The notes under the pieces were generated by a model. It saw nothing but the letters and a program-made list of their open reading frames with translations. It ran no database searches and was not told the origin of the DNA. Below, in pieces: positions 1-7,991 of a DNA stretch of 64,000 nucleotides. Origin of the DNA: Patescibacteria group bacterium. Lineage in GTDB: Bacteria > Patescibacteriota > Patescibacteriia > XYB2-FULL-38-15. The stretch covers positions 13,284 to 77,283 of the forward strand of contig JBAZEY010000003.1 in assembly GCA_041653675.1 (NCBI GenBank), read 5' to 3'. Position 1 is the first letter of the stretch, and each line of letters begins with the position of its first letter. Made by a program: the position numbers and the translations under genes.

Positions 1-650
1 TAATCACTCTTGTTTTTATATCTCTGGTCTCTTTATGGAGGGCGCCCATTAGTTTAGCCTTGATGAATTCTGAAAGCTATATTAATTGGATGGATTCCTT
101 AAATTTCGGGGGAGAAGAAACTTCTACCTCAACAAATTATAAATTTCAAGATACATTGGGGGAAATTGGAACAGGAAGAATTACAAGCACTAATTACGCC
201 GGATTGATAGGGTTTCGTCAAACTGAGTCAGACCCCAAAATGACTTTTACAATTTCTGGGAATACAATTGATTTTGGTACTTTAACCACAAGTGGTGTTT
301 CTTCTGACAGTATCACGATCACAACTACAACGAACGCAGTTGATGGTTACGTGACAACAATTTACGAAACGGAAAATTTAAAAACTTTGGGAAGTGCTGA
401 CATTGATGATGTGGCGGATGGAACCGTATCTGCCGGTTCAGAAGAATATGGAATTATAACTTCTGGTGCAGCCGGGCAGATGAATGGAGCTGACACAGCT
501 ATCACAACTTCGCCGCAGGCAGTAGCATTATATAGCAGCTGGGTGAACGGAAGCACGGTGACAATTACTTTTAAAGCGGCAATTTCATCAACGACAGGAG
601 CTGGTGCTTATTCACATGCCGTCACGTTGGTTTCCACTGGAAGATTTTAG
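1..650 (+). CDS. Secreted cell-surface protein, 5' end outside window (paralog of 681..1766)
   Basis: The frame stays open from nt 3, so the gene starts upstream of the window. The upstream translation ITLVFISLVSLWRAPISLA looks like a signal peptide. The C-terminal half aligns with 681..1766 (TFTISG...TTSTNAVGGY...AGSEE(Y/F)GI...STG(R/T)F end). It is Thr/Ser/Gly-rich. Confidence 0.6.
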   Translation, partial: ITLVFISLVSLWRAPISLALMNSESYINWMDSLNFGGEETSTSTNYKFQDTLGEIGTGRITSTNYAGLIGFRQTESDPKMTFTISGNTIDFGTLTTSGVSSDSITITTTTNAVDGYVTTIYETENLKTLGSADIDDVADGTVSAGSEEYGIITSGAAGQMNGADTAITTSPQAVALYSSWVNGSTVTITFKAAISSTTGAGAYSHAVTLVSTGRF

Positions 651-680
651 GATTACAATATATAAATAATTTTAAAAAAT

Positions 681-1766
681 ATGAAAAGGAAAATTTCAAA
701 CAAAAAAATTATTCAAATCACTGTCGTGAGTATGATTTTGTTTACGGTCTTTCCGCTTTTATCGGTTCATGCCGCGGCTTTGTCGAGCATCACGGACACG
801 CTAACTCGTTTAAAGGCCAGCACAGTTTCAAATCATACTATTAAGTTTGTCCAACTTACTGGCGTGGCTGCTGGACAAAAGGTAAAGGTAACTTTTCCGA
901 CGGGTTTTGCGATGGGTACAGTTGATTATACAGACGTTGATTTGGCTGAAGGCAGTACAAACAATTGTTCCTCGGCCGTCTTTACGGATAAAGTTTTAGC
1001 GGCAGCACCAACGGGCGCTACTTGGGGCGCGGTTGTTGCCGGACAAGTTTTAACTTTTACTTCTGATACGGACACAATTACTGCCGACAGGTGTGTTTTG
1101 GTTGAAGTGGGAACAAATGCGACGAGCGGCGGTGCAGGAGATCAACAGGTAACAAACTCTACTGCGGGAAATGATAAATTGATGGCCATAGCTACAACCA
1201 CGGCAGCTGACGCAGAGATTGATGCGGGCACTTTAGCTCTTTCAATTATTTCTGAAGATCAGGTAACGGTGACTGCCACTGTTAACGCGACTTTTACTTT
1301 TACTATTTCTTCAAGCTCTTGCGCTTTAGGGACGCTTTCAACTTCAAACGTCCAGACTTGTAGCGTAACCTTGACTACGAGTACTAATGCTGTCGGCGGC
1401 TATACCACTACAGTTGTGGGGACAGCTACTGGCGCTGAATTAGTGCACGCCAATTTAACGGACAATATTGATAATGCAACAGGAATTGAGGTTAATGCTG
1501 GGTCAGAAGAATTTGGAATAGGTACGAGTGATTCGGGGGTTGATATTGTAACGGAATCTGATTGCGCCGGAGCTGATGGGGGAGCTGCGGCTGATGCCGA
1601 ATCAATTGACACGGTTGGAGATAATACTGCCGCTTCAGTTGCCTCCGCGGCTGGTCCAGTTTCTGGTGATGCGACGACAGCTTGTTTTGCCGCTTCCATT
1701 GCCGGGTCAACCGTTGCCGGTTCTTACACCGCTACAACGACATTTATTTCTACTGGAACATTTTAA
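681..1766 (+). CDS. Secreted surface protein with an N-terminal SSITDTLTRLKAS domain shared with 2980..5247
   Basis: Signal peptide MKRKISNKKIIQITVVSMILFTVFPLLSVHAAA. The N-terminal domain is homologous to the N-terminus of 2980..5247, and the C-terminal half is homologous to 1..650. The C-terminus GSYTATTTFISTGTF may be WxL-like, which is speculative. Confidence 0.65.
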   Translation: MKRKISNKKIIQITVVSMILFTVFPLLSVHAAALSSITDTLTRLKASTVSNHTIKFVQLTGVAAGQKVKVTFPTGFAMGTVDYTDVDLAEGSTNNCSSAVFTDKVLAAAPTGATWGAVVAGQVLTFTSDTDTITADRCVLVEVGTNATSGGAGDQQVTNSTAGNDKLMAIATTTAADAEIDAGTLALSIISEDQVTVTATVNATFTFTISSSSCALGTLSTSNVQTCSVTLTTSTNAVGGYTTTVVGTATGAELVHANLTDNIDNATGIEVNAGSEEFGIGTSDSGVDIVTESDCAGADGGAAADAESIDTVGDNTAASVASAAGPVSGDATTACFAASIAGSTVAGSYTATTTFISTGTF

Positions 1767-1831
1767 TTTCTAAATTATTTTAAAATAACATACAGGCCGC
1801 GATATTTTTCACGACTTGTTAGGGGGAAGGT

Positions 1832-2821
1832 ATGAAAAATTTTTTTTTCGTGAGTACGCTCGCCGCTTTAATTTTTGCGCTAGCGCCGATTTCCGCATTT
1901 GCAATAACGGTTTCTCCGCCAATTATAGAATTTGATGCGCGGCCAGGAGACGTTATAGTGGATACTATAAAATTGTATAACGAAACAACAGAGGCCCAAA
2001 CTTTGAACGGGGCGGTGCAAACATTTAAAGCGTTAAATGAAACTGGCGCTCCCTCATTTCTTCCACCCGAGCAGTCGACTGATTTAGCGACTTGGCTAAA
2101 ACTCGATGAGTCCGCGGTTACCCTGAAGGCTGACGAGAGAAAAGATATTTTGTTTAGCATAAATGTTCCTGTTGATGCTGAACCGGGCGGCCATTATGCC
2201 GGAATTCTTTGGACGCCGGCTGGCACAACCACGCTTGAGGGCAGCGGGGTTGGTATCACCGTTAAAACTGGCACTTTGATTTTAGTCAGGGTCGCGGGTG
2301 ATATTACTGAAACAGGCCGGTTAATTAGTTTTACCGCCGACAAAACTTCTTACAATTATTTGCCCGCTAATTTTTCTGTCCGTTTTGAAAATTTAGGAAA
2401 CGTCCATTTGAAACCAGTTGGCACTATTGAAATCAGTAATTTATTGGGAAGAAAAGTTACCTCACTTCCGATCAACGGAGACCTGTCTAATGTCCTTCCA
2501 GATTCAATCAGAAAATTTGACGCGACTTGGCAAAAAACGGAAGAGCCTCTCGGCGCATCCGAATGGCAAAGAGAAAGAGAAAATTTTGCTTGGGGTAAAT
2601 ATACGGCGACTCTTAATTTAGATTACGGAGTGGAGGGGCAGAAAACTACGGCCTCACTTGTGTTTTGGGTTTTTCCGTGGCGCGTAACCCTTTTCTATCT
2701 CGCCATAGCTTTGGTCATAATTATTCTTATAATTATCGGTATCAAAAGTTACAATAAGTGGCTTATTAAAAAGTATAGCCAGGGAAATAGTCCGGTGGAT
2801 GATAAAAAGATTGAAGAATAG
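1832..2821 (+). CDS. Membrane-anchored cell-surface protein with DUF916/DUF3324-like architecture (N-terminal signal, C-terminal TM anchor)
   Basis: RBS GGGGGAAGG. Signal peptide, then ITVSPPIIEFDARPGD, and a C-terminal TM (FWVFPWRVTLFYLAIALVIIILIIIGI) followed by a basic tail. The size and topology match the CscA-type anchor proteins of WxL clusters. Family membership was not verified. Confidence 0.5.
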   Translation: MKNFFFVSTLAALIFALAPISAFAITVSPPIIEFDARPGDVIVDTIKLYNETTEAQTLNGAVQTFKALNETGAPSFLPPEQSTDLATWLKLDESAVTLKADERKDILFSINVPVDAEPGGHYAGILWTPAGTTTLEGSGVGITVKTGTLILVRVAGDITETGRLISFTADKTSYNYLPANFSVRFENLGNVHLKPVGTIEISNLLGRKVTSLPINGDLSNVLPDSIRKFDATWQKTEEPLGASEWQRERENFAWGKYTATLNLDYGVEGQKTTASLVFWVFPWRVTLFYLAIALVIIILIIIGIKSYNKWLIKKYSQGNSPVDDKKIEE

Positions 2822-2979
2822 TTCAATAATTTTATTGATGTCCTCTGATTTTTCGGAGGACAAAATAAGATCGTTGATGTTTCAAAAAACAAAAAACAAA
2901 AATCAAAAGTTATATTTTATTTTCTAGCTTCTCAAGCTTTTGACGTTTGTCTTTTGAGTTTTGAATTTATAGGAGGCGC

Positions 2980-5247
2980 ATGAAAAAATTAATCAAAAGA
3001 AAAGGCGTCGTAATCCTAATCGCGGTTTTTGTTTTGACTAGCCTTTTTACTATATATAATCAATCTGAAGCTAGTTCTCTTTCTTCGGTGAGTGATACTT
3101 TGAGCCGACAAAAGATTAGCGTGGCGGCTAATCACGAATTCGCTTTTACCTTGTCCTCGGGCACGACGGTCGTAGAAGATGAAACTATCACGGTAACATT
3201 TCCATCAACCTTTGCGTCGGGCCTGGATGGGATTGATTGCGGCGACATTGATTTATTAGAGGATTCTGTCCAAGAAAATTTAAATAATGAAGCCGGCGGT
3301 TGCGCGGCCACGGCGACGGAGTGGGGTGCGGCAGTCAGCGCGCGAATTTTGACTCTCACAGCGCCGTCTACGGCGGCAACCTATATGGATGCGAGTTCGG
3401 CCGTAATTATCCGGATTGGGGCAAACACTACGGAAGAAGGAGTGGGCGGAGAACAAATTATAAATCCTGCGAGTATTGGAAGCCACATAATTCATATAGG
3501 CGGAACATTTGGTGTTTCAAGTAATATTGCCATTGCCATTGTGACGGATGATCAAGTCGGTGTTGGCGCGAATATTAGCGCACCGACGGGCGGAGGCGCG
3601 CCTGGAACTGGTGTTACACCGCCGATTGTTTCAAATATAAGAGTTGAAAATATTCTTCAAACATCAGCAACTGTTCTTTGGGATACCAACGAACCCGCGA
3701 CTTCAGTTGTAAATTATGGCTTATCAAATAGTTATGGATCAAGCGCGACGGGTGATGTTGGCGGATTGGTAACGAGCCACAGAGTTGATTTGTCGGGGTT
3801 GACCGCCGATGCGATTTATCACTTTCAAATAGTAACAGCCGACGCGGGAGGAGCCGCGACAACCACGGGCGACGATGTCTTTGAAACTCTTTCCGGTCCG
3901 GATATAACTCCTCCGACGATTTCCGGTATTAGCGCGATCAATATAACACAAGTTGGAGCTACTGTTATTTGGACAACCAACGAACCAGCGAATTCAAAAG
4001 TAGAATACGGCTTAACTGACGCGTATGAGTTGGGAGAAGTAAGTGCCACAGATTTTGTCACGTCGCATAGTTTGGCGGTTTCAGGACTTTTGGAAAATAC
4101 AACTTATCATTTCCGCGTGACCTCGGCCGATGCTTCGGGCAATACGACGGTCTCGGGCGACAATACTTTTGTAACCTTGGCTCCGCCTGACGCGATTCCT
4201 CCGATTATTTCAAATATCAGAGTTATCAATATTACAGAAACATCGGCGACCGTAACTTGGGAAACAGATGAACGAACTACCTCCCGCGTGAGATTTGGGT
4301 TAACGGGTACTTATACCGCGGGTAATATTTTTTCCGCAGATTTGGTCACGACGCATAGCGTTAATTTAAGTTCCTTGACTCGGAGCACGCTCTATCATTT
4401 TGAAGTTTCTTCAGTTGATGGTTATGGCAATACTACGACTTCCGCGGATCAGATTTTTTCTACTTTACCCGACGCGATTCCTCCGGCCAACGTTACGGAT
4501 TTCACGGCAGTTCCAACGGCGGATTTAACAATACTTTTGAACTGGATAAATCCAGCCGATCCGGACTTCGCTGGGGTTTTGATAAAGAGAAGTTTTACGG
4601 ATTATCCGGCAAATCCCACAGAAGGCGAGATAGCCTTTGATGGCATGGCGACTTCATTTGAAGATACTAGTATTACACCCGCTAATTATAATCAGCCAAT
4701 TTATTACACAGCTTTTGCTTATGATGCGGCTGGAAATTTTGCTTCGGGCGCTATGGCAGAAGCGACAATCTCGGCTGAAATTACTTTGGAGGTTAAGGCT
4801 TGGCCAGAAAAAAGATGGCCGCGGAGCGGGAACTGGTCAACGGATGGTACGATTGAAATGCGGGAACCAGCAGATGGGACCGTTGTAGACGAGGGCACGG
4901 TTACAACTTCTGATCTTGGACAAGGCACGATTCGATTTGCTTCAACTCCCGTCGGAAACTATGATATCGGTTTTAAGGGTTTGTCTCATTTGCGAAAAAT
5001 TTTGCGCAATGTCCCGCTTGCGAGCGGCGTAAATTCTGTAGATTTTACTTTAGGAAATATTTTTTATCTTTTAGCCGGAGACGTGCATCGCTCGTCTGAC
5101 AATGTAGTAAACGCTTTGGATATTTCTACTTTGCTTGGTGCTCTTTCTACCAGTAATAATGTTGTTGACTTAAATAATGATACTGGGGTTAATTCTTTGG
5201 ATATAAATATCTTGTTGGCTAACCTAATGAAGGTTGGAGATAATTAA
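2980..5247 (+). CDS. Large secreted protein: shared N-terminal domain, four FN3/PKD-like repeats and a C-terminal dockerin-like module
   Basis: RBS AGGAGG. Signal/TM at the N-terminus. Four repeats of about 97 aa (PPI(V/I)SNIRV...T(V/A)xW(D/T)TNEP...YHF...) at nt 3616-4790. The C-terminus carries two Ca-binding-loop-like segments, DVHRSSDNVVNALDISTLL and a canonical DLNNDTGVNSLDINILL. Confidence 0.7.
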   Translation: MKKLIKRKGVVILIAVFVLTSLFTIYNQSEASSLSSVSDTLSRQKISVAANHEFAFTLSSGTTVVEDETITVTFPSTFASGLDGIDCGDIDLLEDSVQENLNNEAGGCAATATEWGAAVSARILTLTAPSTAATYMDASSAVIIRIGANTTEEGVGGEQIINPASIGSHIIHIGGTFGVSSNIAIAIVTDDQVGVGANISAPTGGGAPGTGVTPPIVSNIRVENILQTSATVLWDTNEPATSVVNYGLSNSYGSSATGDVGGLVTSHRVDLSGLTADAIYHFQIVTADAGGAATTTGDDVFETLSGPDITPPTISGISAINITQVGATVIWTTNEPANSKVEYGLTDAYELGEVSATDFVTSHSLAVSGLLENTTYHFRVTSADASGNTTVSGDNTFVTLAPPDAIPPIISNIRVINITETSATVTWETDERTTSRVRFGLTGTYTAGNIFSADLVTTHSVNLSSLTRSTLYHFEVSSVDGYGNTTTSADQIFSTLPDAIPPANVTDFTAVPTADLTILLNWINPADPDFAGVLIKRSFTDYPANPTEGEIAFDGMATSFEDTSITPANYNQPIYYTAFAYDAAGNFASGAMAEATISAEITLEVKAWPEKRWPRSGNWSTDGTIEMREPADGTVVDEGTVTTSDLGQGTIRFASTPVGNYDIGFKGLSHLRKILRNVPLASGVNSVDFTLGNIFYLLAGDVHRSSDNVVNALDISTLLGALSTSNNVVDLNNDTGVNSLDINILLANLMKVGDN
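3616..4790 (+). repeat. Four tandem FN3-like coding repeats (about 290 nt each)
   Basis: Near-identical nucleotide stretches (ccgccgattgtttcaaatataagagtt at about 3616 and cctccgattatttcaaatatcagagtt at about 4198) and the corresponding protein repeats. Confidence 0.7.
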
Positions 5248-5265
5248 TCATTAGATTTATATATT

Positions 5266-7905
5266 ATGAGGAGGATAATTTACACGATCGCCGCAGTTGG
5301 ATTTAGTTTTTTTCTTGGCCATGCCGTCTTGGCCGCTCGTTTTGAATTATCTCCGGCTACAACAGGATTTATTACTGGCTGTGATTCGGCAGTAAACATT
5401 GAAATTAATACCGAGGGAGAAACTTCTGATGCCGCAAATATTTTGATTCATTATAATCCCGCGCAAATTGAAATTGTTGATTCTAATCCCGCAGCGGGTG
5501 GAGTTCAAATAAGAAATGGCAATGCGTATGAAGCATATGCTGATAATATTGTTTTGCCGGCTGAAGGATTGATTCGCTTAACAGGATTTTCTTTTTTGGA
5601 ACAGCTTACCGGCCAGGCTACTTTGGGCACAATTATTTTCCGTCCGCGAGCGGGCGCGGCCGGTACGGACATCACGATAGAATATGTTGCTGGCAGCACG
5701 ACCGATAGTAATGTTGCTGAATATATAACAAGCGATGATCTTTTGACTGGCGTAACAAACGGTTCTTATACCTTCCGCGGCGGTTCTTGCGTGGCTGATG
5801 TCACGCCGCCGAATGTCACAAATCCCGATCCGACGCCAGATGAACATGATGTGCCGCTTGATTCAAATGTTACTTTTGACATTCACGACAGCCAATCAGG
5901 AGTTGATCTTGATACATTAACCATAAATGTTGACGGCGTCGTTTACACGCGAGACGGCGTAAATAGATTTTCTTTTGTCGGGACACCTGAATCGTATGCG
6001 GTAGCAATTAATCCAGATGCGGATTTTACTCCGGGTGCCACGGTTCTTGTAGAAATCAATGCAGCAGATTTATCAGGGAACGCGATGACGGCTTATCGTT
6101 ATATCTTTAATCAGCCGGCTGGACCTCCACTCATTCCGCCATCTTGTGAGGCTCTTGGTTGCGCCGCTCCCGCCGCTTGCACGGCCGAGCCGGTTCTTCC
6201 GGAAGACATTGCAGAGGAACCGACCGTTCCGGAATCACAAGCCCTAGATCTTGAAGATTTTTCTTTTTACGTGGCTGACGGCACCCTCAAAATTTATCCA
6301 ACAAGAAGCGGAGAACTTGTCACTTTATTAAATTCACCGCTTGTCTTTTCTATTTCTGAAAGTAAATTTCCACGTGAAGTAGAAAGGGTCGCTCTGACAA
6401 TGAACGGATTTTCTTACCTTTTGGGTTATAGTGATCAGGCTGACGCGCGGCAAACAACAATTCAAACGCCGCCCGGAGCTGGTCGCTTGGCATTTTCAAT
6501 TTTGATTGATTATATTGACGGAGCCCACGACAGAGTTGATGGGACGCTCAATCTTTTATCTAAAGGTTTTATTTGGCAAGGAACAACAGCCGGTAAATTA
6601 GCCGGAGCTAAAGTAACTCTTTATGAAGAGTACGCCAGCTTCCGCGTTTGGGATGCTGCTCCTTACCATCAAATCAATCCGCAAACAACTGATTCTTCTG
6701 GCCAATTTTCTTTCTTGGTTCCTCCTGGCCGTTATTATTTGCTTGTTCAAAAAGATGGATACCGCGATCAAGCTACTACGGTTTTTGAAATAGCCAACAA
6801 TGTTGTGAATCCTGGCGTGGAAATTCTTGTCGTTCCGCCGACGTTTGCCGAGGTCTGGGATCCGGCTGCGCCAGTCACGGAAAATATTCAGAATGTCGCC
6901 CAAAATATTGGTGAAAAAACAATTTATGCTACCGAAGTTATTCGTAAAGATGTTTTGGATAATCCCGAAGTAGAAAAAACAAATGAAAGCATTGCCGCGC
7001 CGGCCGTGGCCGCAGTGGCAATCGTAAGTTATGGGACAGCGATTTCTCTCGGTTCACTTTTGCCATTTTTACAATTACTTTTTACTCAACCCATCCTTCT
7101 CCTTTTTCCAAAAAGACGAAAAGGCTGGGGCATTGTTTTTCATTCTTTATCAAAAATGCCGGTGGATCTTGCGATTGTCCGGCTTTATGAAAAAGTTACC
7201 GGCCGACTCGTGCAGACTCGCGTTACCGACAAAGAAGGCCGCTTTGCTTTCTTTGTTCAGCCGGGCCAATATTTTATCAAAGTTGTTAAACCGAATTTTT
7301 CTTTCCCGACGGGATATTTAAAAAATAAAAAAGAGGATGTTAAATATTTAGATCTTTATCACGGCGAAGAGATTACAGTGACGGAAAAAAATACGCTTGT
7401 CACACCGAATATTCCGATTGATCCGGTGGAAGCGGAGCGCGGCAAACCGGATAGGAGAATTGTTCTCGCGCATTTTGGCAGAAAAGTTCAAAATGTTGCC
7501 GCCCTCTTGGGAGTTATCTTCGCTGCAATTTCAGTTTTAATTTCTCCAAAACTTTGGATGGTGGGAATTTTGATTGGCCATTGCTTGCTCTACATACTTT
7601 TCCGAAGGCTCGCTCGCAGCAGAAAACCAAAAAGCTGGGGCATTGTTTATGAAACGAAAACTAAAGCGCCGGTCGGCCTTACCGTGGCAAGAATTTTTGA
7701 AACCGAATATAACAAGTTGCTTGAAACTCAAGTTACCGATGGTCGAGGCCGTTACGCGTTCTTGGTTGGAAATAGTTCTTATTATGTGACTTTCAGCAAA
7801 CCGGGATTTTCGCCAAAACGGACGGAAACAATTGATCTCCGCGGAAGAAAAGAAGGAGCAGCAGTGGGATTGGACGTGGGGTTGGACTTAGAAAAAACAT
7901 CATAA
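5266..7905 (+). CDS. Membrane protein: N-terminal cohesin-like domain, Ig-like (Big) domain, three CarboxypepD_reg-like beta-sandwich domains and 2-3 TM segments
   Basis: Signal peptide. FELSPATTGFITGCDSAVNIEINTEGE...ILIHYNPAQIEIVDSNPAAGGVQIRNG follows the cohesin pattern (f.l.YDp..lE.v.v..G). The stretch VTPPNVTNPDPTPDEHDVPLD...TLTINVDG is Ig-like. CarboxypepD_reg-like domains are KVTLYEEYASFRVWD...SSGQFSFLVPPGRYYLLVQKDGY, and a duplicated unit KRRKGWGIVFHS...AIVRLYEKVTGRLVQTRVTDKEGRFAFFVQPGQYFIKVVKPNFSFP versus SRKPKSWGIVYET...TVARIFETEYNKLLETQVTDGRGRYAFLVGNSSYYVTFSKPGFSP. Each unit is preceded by a TM helix. Confidence 0.6.
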   Translation: MRRIIYTIAAVGFSFFLGHAVLAARFELSPATTGFITGCDSAVNIEINTEGETSDAANILIHYNPAQIEIVDSNPAAGGVQIRNGNAYEAYADNIVLPAEGLIRLTGFSFLEQLTGQATLGTIIFRPRAGAAGTDITIEYVAGSTTDSNVAEYITSDDLLTGVTNGSYTFRGGSCVADVTPPNVTNPDPTPDEHDVPLDSNVTFDIHDSQSGVDLDTLTINVDGVVYTRDGVNRFSFVGTPESYAVAINPDADFTPGATVLVEINAADLSGNAMTAYRYIFNQPAGPPLIPPSCEALGCAAPAACTAEPVLPEDIAEEPTVPESQALDLEDFSFYVADGTLKIYPTRSGELVTLLNSPLVFSISESKFPREVERVALTMNGFSYLLGYSDQADARQTTIQTPPGAGRLAFSILIDYIDGAHDRVDGTLNLLSKGFIWQGTTAGKLAGAKVTLYEEYASFRVWDAAPYHQINPQTTDSSGQFSFLVPPGRYYLLVQKDGYRDQATTVFEIANNVVNPGVEILVVPPTFAEVWDPAAPVTENIQNVAQNIGEKTIYATEVIRKDVLDNPEVEKTNESIAAPAVAAVAIVSYGTAISLGSLLPFLQLLFTQPILLLFPKRRKGWGIVFHSLSKMPVDLAIVRLYEKVTGRLVQTRVTDKEGRFAFFVQPGQYFIKVVKPNFSFPTGYLKNKKEDVKYLDLYHGEEITVTEKNTLVTPNIPIDPVEAERGKPDRRIVLAHFGRKVQNVAALLGVIFAAISVLISPKLWMVGILIGHCLLYILFRRLARSRKPKSWGIVYETKTKAPVGLTVARIFETEYNKLLETQVTDGRGRYAFLVGNSSYYVTFSKPGFSPKRTETIDLRGRKEGAAVGLDVGLDLEKTS

Positions 7906-7991
7906 AATTCAATACTTCATACAAAAAAATCAAAAAAGAAAAAATAAAAAAGTCGAAATAAAAAGCAAAAGCAAAAACAAAAAGTACCCAT

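Noticed and set aside
2822-2979. Hairpin tgtcctctgatttttcggaggaca as a terminator after the DUF916-like gene
   Set aside because: The stem is present, but it is followed by an A-rich rather than a T-rich tract. It is a weak call and is not listed as a feature.
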